Below are positions 27,429 to 36,949 of a stretch of DNA of 64,000 nucleotides, in pieces. The translations under genes and the position numbers were made by a program. The notes beneath the pieces were generated by a model that was given only the letters and a program-made list of their open reading frames with translations, had not been told where the DNA came from and did not search any database. Each line of letters starts with the position of its first letter. Within the stretch, counting starts at the first letter, position 1. This DNA comes from an uncultured Clostridia bacterium (GTDB lineage Bacteria > Bacillota > Clostridia > Christensenellales > UBA1242), in assembly GCA_947624415.1 (NCBI GenBank), contig CANQKH010000006.1, forward strand, positions 13,910 through 77,909. Reading direction: 5' to 3'.

Positions 27429-28070
27429 ATGATAAAGAATATTGTGTTTGATATTGGTGGAGTGATTACGCGATTTGACCCAAATGATTATTTAAGTCCC
27501 TTTGGCTTTGATAAAGACAAATCAAAGGCCTTAAATGAAGCAATTTTTAAGGGGGTTGCTTGGAAAGATTATATGGTGGGGAAAATTGATAAAAATCAAT
27601 ATAAAAAAATGGTTGTTGAAGAAAATTTGCACTTAAAAGATTATATTGAGTATATTTTAGATGACAAAAACACTTCAAAATTGTTGCCACCGCTCAAAGA
27701 AGGCGTTGAATTTTGTAAGGCAATGAAGAAGAAAGGATATAACATATACATTTTATCAAATATTGTTGGGGCTTCACTTGAATACTTTAAAAATTCATTT
27801 GAGGAAGTAACTGAGTGTTTAAGTGGTGCGGTGTATAGTTGTGAGGTTGGGCTTAAAAAACCAGACGAGCAAGTTTTTAAATTGTTGCTAGACAGATATA
27901 ATTTAGTTCCAAGCCAGACATTATTTTTGGATGATAGTTTTAAAAATGTAAAAAAGGCAAGGGAACTTAATATTAATGGGGAGTTATGCCAACCTCTTTT
28001 AAACAAGAATGCCTTTCAAGAGATTGCTCAAAAATATAATTTGATAAATGAAAATGAAATTGATTTATAA
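27429..28070 (+). CDS. HAD-superfamily hydrolase (subfamily IA-like)
   Basis: Motif I variant VFDIGGVI, SN motif II, LFLDDS motif. Confidence 0.65.
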   Translation: MIKNIVFDIGGVITRFDPNDYLSPFGFDKDKSKALNEAIFKGVAWKDYMVGKIDKNQYKKMVVEENLHLKDYIEYILDDKNTSKLLPPLKEGVEFCKAMKKKGYNIYILSNIVGASLEYFKNSFEEVTECLSGAVYSCEVGLKKPDEQVFKLLLDRYNLVPSQTLFLDDSFKNVKKARELNINGELCQPLLNKNAFQEIAQKYNLINENEIDL

Positions 28071-28212
28071 ATTTCTCAAATCTCGAATAGGAGGCAAGCA
28101 CAAAATCTTTTGAGCCTTAATTCAAAAAAAAATTGCTTTGAAAGCAAATTTGAATAAATGTAAAAAATAAAGGATTAGAAGGAAAATTTCAAATAATTTG
28201 ATGAAAAAAGAG

Positions 28213-28241
28213 AAAAAAACGCCAAAATTTTGGCGTTTTTT
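28213..28241. terminator. bidirectional intrinsic terminator
   Basis: Perfect palindrome AAAAAACGCCAAAATTTTGGCGTTTTTT between convergent genes. Confidence 0.7.
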
Positions 28242-28282
28242 ATTAAAAAATGGTGTTTAAAAGTAAAATTAACTAAAAAAGT

Positions 28283-29008
28283 TTATTCGTCTAAGGCATC
28301 TTTTAATGACTGGTGAGCATCCAAAACATCTTTAGTTTTATTTGACAGTGCATTAATTTTGCTTGTTTCACCAGCGACAATCAATGTGTCTCCCTTTAAA
28401 ATCACTGTGCTTTGTTCTGGAGATATTATTTCATTTTCACGCTTGATAAAAATAATTGTAATTTTATATTTATTCCTTATATTCATGTCGCCAAGTGAAC
28501 GGTCAACCCATATGTCGGGAGTTGCCATTTCAACAATTTTGAAGTCGGCGGTGAGTGAAAGAATGACGTTTTGGCTTGGGTTTGCAAGAGTTGATGCAAC
28601 CTTTCTGCCCATATATGTTTCTGGAAAGACAACCATGTCCGCTCCAATTTTTTCAAGCACCTTTTTGTGCTGTTCTGTTTGTGCTTTTGCAACTATATAT
28701 TTAACCCCAAGTTCTTTACAAATTAAAGTGGTGAGTATGCTTGCCTGCATATCTTCGCCAATGCAATTTATTACGCAGTCAAAGTTTTGAACTCCTAGTG
28801 AATGAAGCACGTCAGTTGCCGTTGAGTCGCACACGACAGCACTTGAAACTTGATTTTCAATCTGTTTAATTGCATCGGGATGGGTGTCGAGGACAAGAAC
28901 TTCCTTTCCAAGAGATGCCAAAGTTAATGCAACGCTTTTGCCAAACCTACCAAGTCCAATTACAACAAATTGGTCCATTTCTTTATCTATTTTTTTTATT
29001 TCGTTCAT
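28283..29008 (-). CDS. trkA: Trk/Ktr K+ uptake system NAD-binding peripheral subunit
   Basis: Rossmann VVIGLGRFGKSVA, RCK_N plus RCK_C length (241 aa); downstream of the membrane subunit. Confidence 0.8.
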   Translation of the reverse strand: MNEIKKIDKEMDQFVVIGLGRFGKSVALTLASLGKEVLVLDTHPDAIKQIENQVSSAVVCDSTATDVLHSLGVQNFDCVINCIGEDMQASILTTLICKELGVKYIVAKAQTEQHKKVLEKIGADMVVFPETYMGRKVASTLANPSQNVILSLTADFKIVEMATPDIWVDRSLGDMNIRNKYKITIIFIKRENEIISPEQSTVILKGDTLIVAGETSKINALSNKTKDVLDAHQSLKDALDE

Positions 29009-29017
29009 AATTTCTCC

Positions 29018-30394
29018 TTATCCAATCATTATTTTACTATCTGGGTATTCGATTTCTTCATTTATACTTTTCATCTTGCCTACAAATGCAACTAGAAGGG
29101 TTATTGCTCCAACTCTCCCCACAAACATTAAAAGAATAAGCAAAAGTTTGCTAAGGAGGGCAAGCCCTGGCGTTATACCCAGCGACAGCCCCACAGTTGA
29201 AAGAGCGGATATTACTTCAAACATTGCCGCACCTATTGTAACGCTTCCCCCTTCAATTATTACAATAAGAAAGGTTGAAACGAAGGTTATAAGCAAAGCC
29301 AAATTGACAATGCGTGTGCTTTTTCTTATTAGTTTGTTTGGAATTTGTTTTTTCATAAACACGACATCGCCTTTAGAGTTTGACCTTCTAAAAATTGCAA
29401 GAAGTGCTACAAACAGGGTTGTTGTTTTTATACCGCCGGCAGTTGAGGCAGGGCTTCCGCCAATAAGCATCAAAACATCGGTCAGCATTCGACTTTGAGG
29501 CTTGAGCAAACTCATGTCATAAGTTGCAAAACCTGCCGTTCGAGGCGTTATACTTTGGAAAAGACAGTTTACTATTTTATCCCAAGTGTTGAAAGAGCCA
29601 ATTGTTCCTGGATTGTTCCATTCAAATATACCAAATAGTAATGCTGGAACAAAAATCAAAAATGCCGTTATAGATAAAACAAGTTTGCTGTGGAAGGACA
29701 TCTTTCTTCTATGCTTTGTAAACTTATTTCCAATATCGAAGGCAACTGCAAATCCAATTCCGCCAATAACTATAAGAAGCATAATAGGAATAAGAATAAG
29801 GGAGTTTTGAGAATAGGATGCAATGCTTTGAAATTCAAGAGTATGAGAATCTGTAACGTTAAATCCTGCATTACAGAAGGCAGATATTGAAAGGAAAAGT
29901 GCCCGAAAAATTCCATATCCTCCACCATAAAGGTGTATCATAGAAGGAAGGAGGGCGACAAAACCCACAAATTCCATTACGAAAACAAATATAATAATTT
30001 TTCTCAAAAATGATACAACGCCTTGATTATTGTCTTTATTAAAACTTTCTTGTATTGCAACTCTATTGCCATAAGACAATTTTTTGCCAAATATTAGAAA
30101 TACAAGAGAGGTTAATGCGATAAAGCCAAGACCACCAATTTGTATTAAAAGCATTATGACAATTTGTCCAAACAGTGAAAAATAAATTGATGTGTCTACT
30201 ACAATAAGTCCTGTAACGCACACTGCACTTGTGCTTGTGAACAATGCATTGATGAATGGAATCCAATGTCCACTTGCCGATGAAAAGGGAAGGCAAAGCA
30301 GAAAAGTTCCAACAAGAATAACTCCAAGGAAGCCAAGCACAATTGATGTGGCGGCGTTGATTTTTTTGTTTTTAAATCTTTTTATCATACTCAT
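29018..30394 (-). CDS. trkH: TrkH/KtrB family K+ transporter membrane subunit
   Basis: 458 aa polytopic; repeated pore-loop-like segments (TSAVCVTG, AFCNAGF, TPRTAGF, STVGLS). Confidence 0.8.
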   Translation of the reverse strand: MSMIKRFKNKKINAATSIVLGFLGVILVGTFLLCLPFSSASGHWIPFINALFTSTSAVCVTGLIVVDTSIYFSLFGQIVIMLLIQIGGLGFIALTSLVFLIFGKKLSYGNRVAIQESFNKDNNQGVVSFLRKIIIFVFVMEFVGFVALLPSMIHLYGGGYGIFRALFLSISAFCNAGFNVTDSHTLEFQSIASYSQNSLILIPIMLLIVIGGIGFAVAFDIGNKFTKHRRKMSFHSKLVLSITAFLIFVPALLFGIFEWNNPGTIGSFNTWDKIVNCLFQSITPRTAGFATYDMSLLKPQSRMLTDVLMLIGGSPASTAGGIKTTTLFVALLAIFRRSNSKGDVVFMKKQIPNKLIRKSTRIVNLALLITFVSTFLIVIIEGGSVTIGAAMFEVISALSTVGLSLGITPGLALLSKLLLILLMFVGRVGAITLLVAFVGKMKSINEEIEYPDSKIMIG

Positions 30395-30701
30395 AAATTA
30401 TATAACAAATTGATATTTAAAGCAAGTATATTATATAAAATATTATATTTTACCTTATAAATATATGTAAGCACAAAATCAATCTATACAAATAAAATTG
30501 ATTAAATTTTTTGATTTTTGCCGAAAATTGCAAAAAAATGAGTGTTTTTGCTTGTTTTTACACTAAAAAAATGTTAATTATCCTTTTTTTGCATTAAAAC
30601 AATGATAGAAAAGTTAAAAAACATCGCCAAAATTTTAACTCAATAAATTATTGACAATATAATCAAATTGTGATAAAATAAAAATGTGTTTAGGGGGATT
30701 T

Positions 30702-31352
30702 ATGAATTATATTAATTATTTTGATAACAAAGTAAAAGAAAAACTTGACCAGAATGCAATTTATCAACTCGCTAAAAATTCTAATATGAAACTCAATAAC
30801 GAGATTGAGAACATGAGAAATGTCTATCCACTCGTTTTCCGTAAAAATATGAGTTTTGAAAATCTTGTTGATGAGTCAAGGTCATTTGAACAATCTTATG
30901 ATGAAAGAGATGACGAAATCGATGAATATGACTATAAAATAAGCCGAAACTTTTTCGACAAGACTGAGGCAGGAAAACTTGCAGAGGCAAAGGCAAATGC
31001 CATTAAGTATTTTGAAGAACTTGGAAGATTTATAAAAGATTATCCAACTGACAAATTGGCAAAAATGTCTAAGGATTTGACAAGCCAAAACAAGGAAATG
31101 CGTCATTGCGTTGACAACACCGTAAAGAAGGTAATAGTTGAGCAAATTTCAAGCCCAGAACTTACATCTTTTATCAATGATTTTTTCAATGATGCTCTTC
31201 CAACAAACCTTGGTGAATATGGCAATAAGATTAAAGACGTCATAAGCGAAGAATATGTAGCAATGAAAAACGAAGATAATATGCTTAGAAGACAAATCCA
31301 AAATGAAATTCAACGTTTGGATAATGAAAAAGACTTAAATGATTTGAATTAA
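30702..31352 (+). CDS. hypothetical acidic helical protein
   Basis: 216 aa from ATG 30702 (AGGGGGA RBS); no motif recognised. Confidence 0.45.
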   Translation: MNYINYFDNKVKEKLDQNAIYQLAKNSNMKLNNEIENMRNVYPLVFRKNMSFENLVDESRSFEQSYDERDDEIDEYDYKISRNFFDKTEAGKLAEAKANAIKYFEELGRFIKDYPTDKLAKMSKDLTSQNKEMRHCVDNTVKKVIVEQISSPELTSFINDFFNDALPTNLGEYGNKIKDVISEEYVAMKNEDNMLRRQIQNEIQRLDNEKDLNDLN

Positions 31353-31385
31353 TTAGTCTATGCAAAGTGGCAAGCGTAAAAATTA

Positions 31386-31412
31386 AAGTCAGGGTTAAAG
31401 CCTGGCTTTTTT
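31386..31412 (+). terminator. intrinsic terminator
   Basis: AGTCAGG-GTTAAAG-CCTGGCT followed by TTTTTT. Confidence 0.5.
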
Positions 31413-31544
31413 GTAATATTAAGAGATAGTTTTAATTTCAATTTGCATTGTGTAGACCCCTAATGTGAATTAAATGTTTAATTTTTGCAATTAAAATAGT
31501 TGAAAAAATTTTACAATATGATATAATAATTTTAAGGAGTAAAA

Positions 31545-33545
31545 ATGGCAAAAATATTAACAGGTTCAAAACTTAACAAGGCGTTGAACAAATGTATAAA
31601 TGATATTGCGAAGGATATTGACAGATTAATGGGCGAAAATGGAAACGAAGGAGATTTGAAAAAATTGGTGGGTGATATTATGACTTATAACGTATACGAC
31701 ACCGACCCAAGTTTAATGTCTTACATCCCTCCAATTGACCTCGAAGAGAAGGAAGGCTTAAAAAATACAAATGGTCAATTTTCTGTTGATAGGTCATATC
31801 AAAGTTTGTGGATAAATAGAAATACTTTTAGCCCTGAAAATATTAGAAAAAATCCCCAAGTGCTTGCAAAATTATTAACCACCGTTTCTCACGAAATGCG
31901 ACACTGGTATCAACATAATTACAAAAACAGCACCCAAAGTCAAGACCTTGTTTTGGCAGGGCAAGATAATGATTTGTTCCAAGATGCGACAAAGGATTTT
32001 TCATTGCCACGTGCACTTGGCTCTCAAGATTTGAACGCACTTTATGCCAAAGTTGGTCATGATGACCTTGTAAATGATGTTATGATTATGGCAGAACAGG
32101 GAGTTGTGGGTAATGAGGACTTGGAGACTTTGCTAAAAAGTAATGACAATGCTATGAGAAATTGGATTTCAAATCAAATTGCGTGGGCTGGTTATTCGTC
32201 TTCAAGTTATGAATTGGACGCAAGACTTACCGGCACATCGGAAATGGCAAATATTGTCAGTGCTTTAAGAAATGTAAAATCCAAAAATGTTAAATCTTGG
32301 GCAAATGAAACAGATATTCACGCTTTAATTGAAAATGAATTAAATAATGAAGAAGTTAACTATAATGTTGCAGAAGGAAAAGCAGGCTTACCAATAAATA
32401 GAGTTGTCCAATTGATGGGCAATGTAGAGGACGGAACAACATTTGAAGAATTTAAGGCAAGTTTCTTTAATGACAGAACAGATGAGGAAATTGATAAACT
32501 TATGAACATAGCCGTTGCTCAAGGAGTTCCAATGAGGCAACGAGTCCAATTATCAAATGAACAATATCTAAACTTGTTTAGAGAGGGCAAGATTGATGGC
32601 TTTGAAGGAGAAAAAGTTGACGTTACACCAAGAGCATACAAGGAAATTTTAAATTCAATAAAGGACTTGGTGGGAATGGATGAAGTTTATGACAGGGCAA
32701 AAGACCTCTTTTTGGAAGGCAAGTTCGAAGAAGCATATTCGCTGAATGGAGTTAAGGGGACAGGGCTAAAATCATTAATGAAATTTAATGACCACTTAAA
32801 CAAAGTTGCCGAAGAAAATATTGACACATTATGCCAGTATCTAAAAGATGGAAAGGCGGATGAGAATGTTTTAAGAAAATGCCTGACAACAAAGACAAAA
32901 ACCGAGTTTGCTGGGCAATTAAATGATGCAAGACTTGAACATATAAATTCTGTTCAAAATGATATTGAAACCAAAAACCTAAACTTTTATGAAGCAAACG
33001 AAACAACTTTGAAAACTTTGACTGACTTAAATTTGATTGTTAAAGATATTGAAACTATGGGGGAAGACCTCGATAATGACACTATTGCACAATATTTCAA
33101 ACTCACCGACCAATATATTGAAACTTTAAACAACTTATCAGAGGCACAAAAAAATAACTTGTATGAGAATGAATTAGAGAGATATAATAAGTATTTTAAC
33201 AGTCCTTCACTAGAAGATGATTATAGGAATGCGGTGCAGACTGACCCTGAAATTTATGACTATCTAATTGAACAAATAGGCAAAAATCAAAATAATATTA
33301 ATTGCGTAATTGATTCAAGGGATTTGATAGGAGTTTTTAAGGAAAAAGTTAAAGATTTGAAGGAAATTTATATACTTGATGAGAATGAAAACTCAAGCGA
33401 AAACAAGGTTCAACAAGAGGTTGATAAGGTAACGCAGGATAACGAGTTGCAAGAGCCTTCAACACAAACCCCACAAAGCGGTGAAACAGAAGTTAAAGAT
33501 GATGACACAAATAAAGGTGATGATGACGATTTTTCTTTGGAATAG
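31545..33545 (+). CDS. large hypothetical protein with N-terminal HExxH zincin-like motif
   Basis: TVSHEMRHWYQH at about residue 115; rest helical/acidic, poly-D C-tail; own extended -10 promoter (TTGAAA 31500-31505, TGATATAAT ending at 31527). Confidence 0.5.
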   Translation: MAKILTGSKLNKALNKCINDIAKDIDRLMGENGNEGDLKKLVGDIMTYNVYDTDPSLMSYIPPIDLEEKEGLKNTNGQFSVDRSYQSLWINRNTFSPENIRKNPQVLAKLLTTVSHEMRHWYQHNYKNSTQSQDLVLAGQDNDLFQDATKDFSLPRALGSQDLNALYAKVGHDDLVNDVMIMAEQGVVGNEDLETLLKSNDNAMRNWISNQIAWAGYSSSSYELDARLTGTSEMANIVSALRNVKSKNVKSWANETDIHALIENELNNEEVNYNVAEGKAGLPINRVVQLMGNVEDGTTFEEFKASFFNDRTDEEIDKLMNIAVAQGVPMRQRVQLSNEQYLNLFREGKIDGFEGEKVDVTPRAYKEILNSIKDLVGMDEVYDRAKDLFLEGKFEEAYSLNGVKGTGLKSLMKFNDHLNKVAEENIDTLCQYLKDGKADENVLRKCLTTKTKTEFAGQLNDARLEHINSVQNDIETKNLNFYEANETTLKTLTDLNLIVKDIETMGEDLDNDTIAQYFKLTDQYIETLNNLSEAQKNNLYENELERYNKYFNSPSLEDDYRNAVQTDPEIYDYLIEQIGKNQNNINCVIDSRDLIGVFKEKVKDLKEIYILDENENSSENKVQQEVDKVTQDNELQEPSTQTPQSGETEVKDDDTNKGDDDDFSLE

Positions 33546-33597
33546 GTTATAATTTATCAAAATTTCGTTTAAAATAATCTAAATAGAGAGAAATTTT

Positions 33598-34491
33598 ATG
33601 GAAAAACTTGATTTTATATCATTTGACGAAGAAATATTAAAAGGTTATTTGTTTTTGCCTAAACAGCCCCTGTGTATAGTTCAAATTGTGCATGGACTTG
33701 AAGAACATGGAATGCGATATAAAAAATTTGCTGAAGAGTTGAAGGAAAAGGGAATAGGGGTGTTTGTTTGCGACCAACGTCTTCATGGAAAAACGGCGAC
33801 ACGCATTGGCCATACAAATATAAAAGACATTTTCCCTATAATGGTGAAAGACCAATGCCTTATTTCAAATATGCTTTTACAAAAATTTAATTTGCCACTT
33901 GTTATTTTTGGTCATTCCTATGGTTCATTTATTGTGCAAAGATACTTGCAAGTTTGCAAAAATTACACCTCAGCAATATTGTCGGGTTCGGCATACATGA
34001 AAAGGGCGGACACATTTTTGGCAAAAATAATTTCGCATATGACTATAAAAATAAAGGGTGGAGATGAAGACGCAAAACAAATTGAAAATTTGGTTATAGG
34101 TTCCTTCAATCGTAAGTTTAAAAAGGAAAATGGCAGTTGGATATCCTTTAACAAAGCAAATGTAAAAAGTTATGAGGAAGATGAACTTTGTGGCATTCCT
34201 CTTTGTGGTAATTTTTACTATTCTATGTTTAAAAACACAAGAAAGTTATATAAAGAAAGAGAAATGCAAAAAATAGACAAAGAAAAACCAATATTAATTG
34301 CAAGCGGCAGTGATGACCCTGTCGGCAAAGATGGTAAAAGCGTTAAAAAACTGTTTGAAAACTATGAAAAATATGGTATAAAATGCCAGTTAAAACTTTA
34401 TTCAGGGTTACGACATGAAATAATAAACGAGGGCGAGGAGATTGTAATTGATGACATTATAAACTTCATATTGTCTTCAATAAAACATTAA
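33598..34491 (+). CDS. alpha/beta hydrolase (lysophospholipase/monoacylglycerol-lipase-like)
   Basis: VHGLEEHGMRY, nucleophile elbow GHSYGS, late GSDDPV and RHE. Confidence 0.7.
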   Translation: MEKLDFISFDEEILKGYLFLPKQPLCIVQIVHGLEEHGMRYKKFAEELKEKGIGVFVCDQRLHGKTATRIGHTNIKDIFPIMVKDQCLISNMLLQKFNLPLVIFGHSYGSFIVQRYLQVCKNYTSAILSGSAYMKRADTFLAKIISHMTIKIKGGDEDAKQIENLVIGSFNRKFKKENGSWISFNKANVKSYEEDELCGIPLCGNFYYSMFKNTRKLYKEREMQKIDKEKPILIASGSDDPVGKDGKSVKKLFENYEKYGIKCQLKLYSGLRHEIINEGEEIVIDDIINFILSSIKH

Positions 34492-34624
34492 TTCGTTACC
34501 AGAGATTAAAGAAAATTTATTCAAAATATATAAAAAACAATGAAAAAACCGCAAAAATTTGCAATTTTTTAATAAAAAACACAAAATTTTATAAAATTTG
34601 CAGTTTTTGACTAAAATTATTTAC

Positions 34625-34660
34625 AAAAAAAATAGGTAGAAAGTAATTTCTACCTATTTT
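34625..34660 (-). terminator. intrinsic terminator (12-bp stem) after the 737-aa gene
   Basis: AATAGGTAGAAA-GTAA-TTTCTACCTATT flanked by A- and T-runs. Confidence 0.65.
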
Positions 34661-34663
34661 AAT

Positions 34664-36877
34664 TTACCTTATTCCCTCTATACGTGTAACGTAATAGTTT
34701 TTATCTAAACGACCATGCTCCCATGTTATTGCACCTGTGTTTTTGTCATAACTATACTTTGAATATCCCAAAATCATAAAGCGTAAATTGAAGGTTGGAA
34801 TGCTAAGTTGCATGAAGTATATATCTGTTTGTCCCGTTGACATACCAGTTATAACCAAGTCGTTCTTCTCTCTATTTTTTAAGTTTATAAAGGCTTGACC
34901 ACCATATCCAGAACTTAATGTTGTGTTCACCCAAATATATCTATATTGGCTTAACCCCAAATCCAAGTTAGTGCCTGTTACCAATCCGTCAGGATATCCG
35001 CGATTAATATTAGGGTCGGTAGATTTTCTGTCATATATGACTTCAGCTTCCCCAAGCGTTTCCGAGCCAGAGCCTGAACCTGATGATTGATTTTTTATCT
35101 CCTCCAATTTTGCCTCCAAAGATGCAATATCTTTTTTAAGGGACTCTATGTCGGTGTTTTGTGTGGAATTTTCACTTTGCAAGTTTGTAATATTTGTGTT
35201 TGCTGTGTTTAAATTTGTGTTGACGGTTGATAAACTGCCTTGAAGAGATGCAATAGTGTTGTCTTGGTCAGTGTTTTTGCTTTCTATTGAAGTTGCACGC
35301 TTTTCTAATTTTTGAATTGAACTTGTATTTTTAAGCACACTATCGGCATAGTCAAGCATACTTTGTTTTACAATGTCCATTTCACTATTGACGGTCTCAA
35401 TGTTCTTGTTGACGGTGTCAATATTTTGATTTACAGTGTCTATATTTTCATTAACAGAATTTATATTTGTTTGAATCCCGGCAATAACTGTGTCCTGAGA
35501 TGTATTTTTTTCTTCTATTGAAGTTGCACGTTTTTCCAATTTTTGAATTGAACTTGTATTTTTAAGCACACTATCGGCATAGTCAAGCATACTTTGTTTT
35601 ACAATATCCATTTCACTATTGACAGTTTCAATGTTTTTGTTGACGGTGTCAATGTTTTGATTTACTGTGTCTATATTTTCATTAACAGTATTTATGTTCG
35701 TTTGTATTCCTGCAATAACTGTGTCCTGAGATGTATTTTTTTCTTCTATTGAAGTTGCACGTTTTTCAACTGCCTGTATAGAAGATGTGTTTTTTGCAAC
35801 ATTGCCTTCACAGGTGTCTAAATCTTTTTTGATTGTGGTTATTTCACCATTAATTGAACTAATATCTGTGTTAACTGTGTCAATTTTGCTATTAATAGTG
35901 CTAATATTTCCTTGCAAATCCTGTATTGAAGTGTCTTGTTGAGTGTTTTTTTCTTCAATGTCGGTTGCACGTTTTTCCAATTTTTGTATTGAACTTGTAT
36001 TTTTAAGCACACTATCGGCATAGTCAAGCATACTTTGTTTTACAATATCCATTTCACTATTGACGCTTTCTATATTTTGGTTGACGGTGTCAATGTTTTG
36101 ATTTACTGCATCAATGTTTTTATTTACATTTTCAATGTCGCTTTGCAGTCCAGTTATAGAATTATCTTGGGCTGTGTTTTTTTCTTCAATATCGGTTGCA
36201 CGTTTTTCCAATTTTTGAATTGAACTTGTATTTTTAAGCACACTATCGGCGTAGTCAAGCATACTTTGTTTTACAATGTCCATTTCACTATTGACACTTT
36301 CTATATTTTGATTTACGGTGTCAATATTTTGATTTACAGTGTCTATATTTTGATTTATAGTGTCAATGTCTTGTTCCATGCTGTCGGCACGCTTGTCAAG
36401 TTTTTGGATTTCTGCGGTATTTTTTAGAATGCTATCGGTATAACTTAGCAAATTTTCGTTGACTATTTGTATATTTTGATATAACTCATCAAATTTTTGG
36501 CTTGCATTTTCTTGAAAAGATGAAAAAGAATCACTTAAAGATGTTAAGTTTCCTTCAACTAAGTCAATAGATTGATTTATATTTGTTATAGACAAATTCA
36601 AACTATCAATTGTGGCAGAAATTTCTGTAATTTGGGTTGCAAGTGCCAAAATAGTGCTAGAATTTTCATCGACTTTTGGTTTTAACGAATTAAGTGTTTC
36701 ACTTAAATTCTCAATTACAGAAGAAATGTCTGTAACCTTTTTTTGAAGTTGGTCAAGCAGGGTGCTGCTCCCTCCAGAAAAGGCGTCAAGTTTTCCTTCC
36801 AAGCGAGGCAGAGTAATTTTTTTGATATACCACACCTCTCTTTTTAAATTTTCATAATTTTGATAAACATCTTTCAT
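34664..36877 (-). CDS. repetitive coiled-coil protein with C-terminal globular (beta-rich) domain
   Basis: 737 aa; about six units containing (S)EMDIVKQSMLDYADSVLKNTSSIQKLEKRAT-IEEKNT plus heptads QNIDTVN; GSGSGS linker then ~130-aa non-repetitive tail; no signal peptide. Confidence 0.7.
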   Translation of the reverse strand: MKDVYQNYENLKREVWYIKKITLPRLEGKLDAFSGGSSTLLDQLQKKVTDISSVIENLSETLNSLKPKVDENSSTILALATQITEISATIDSLNLSITNINQSIDLVEGNLTSLSDSFSSFQENASQKFDELYQNIQIVNENLLSYTDSILKNTAEIQKLDKRADSMEQDIDTINQNIDTVNQNIDTVNQNIESVNSEMDIVKQSMLDYADSVLKNTSSIQKLEKRATDIEEKNTAQDNSITGLQSDIENVNKNIDAVNQNIDTVNQNIESVNSEMDIVKQSMLDYADSVLKNTSSIQKLEKRATDIEEKNTQQDTSIQDLQGNISTINSKIDTVNTDISSINGEITTIKKDLDTCEGNVAKNTSSIQAVEKRATSIEEKNTSQDTVIAGIQTNINTVNENIDTVNQNIDTVNKNIETVNSEMDIVKQSMLDYADSVLKNTSSIQKLEKRATSIEEKNTSQDTVIAGIQTNINSVNENIDTVNQNIDTVNKNIETVNSEMDIVKQSMLDYADSVLKNTSSIQKLEKRATSIESKNTDQDNTIASLQGSLSTVNTNLNTANTNITNLQSENSTQNTDIESLKKDIASLEAKLEEIKNQSSGSGSGSETLGEAEVIYDRKSTDPNINRGYPDGLVTGTNLDLGLSQYRYIWVNTTLSSGYGGQAFINLKNREKNDLVITGMSTGQTDIYFMQLSIPTFNLRFMILGYSKYSYDKNTGAITWEHGRLDKNYYVTRIEGIR
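35242..36460. repeat. intragenic tandem DNA repeats (mostly 231-bp period, 21-bp sub-repeats)
   Basis: Long near-identical stretches, e.g. 35290-35530 vs 35530-35770 and again around 35960-36330. Confidence 0.8.
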
Positions 36878-36949
36878 ATTAAAAACTCCTCGAAGAATAT
36901 TTTAATCGTCGAGGAGTGCAAAATTCAATAAATGATGACAAAATCTTTA

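Noticed and set aside
28884-29498. 204-aa plus-strand ORF and similar long antisense ORFs (4032-4415, 28359-28790, 62232-62795, 50912-51271 and others)
   Set aside because: All lie opposite ORFs that have a Shine-Dalgarno sequence and, in most cases, recognisable family motifs. They have low-complexity Ser/Ile/Phe/Leu-rich composition expected from antisense frames of AT-rich genes, and they lack RBSs.
30395-30683. c-di-AMP (ydaO-type) riboswitch upstream of the K+ transporter operon
   Set aside because: The leader is almost pure A/T with none of the conserved GC-containing helices. Nothing foldable was seen.
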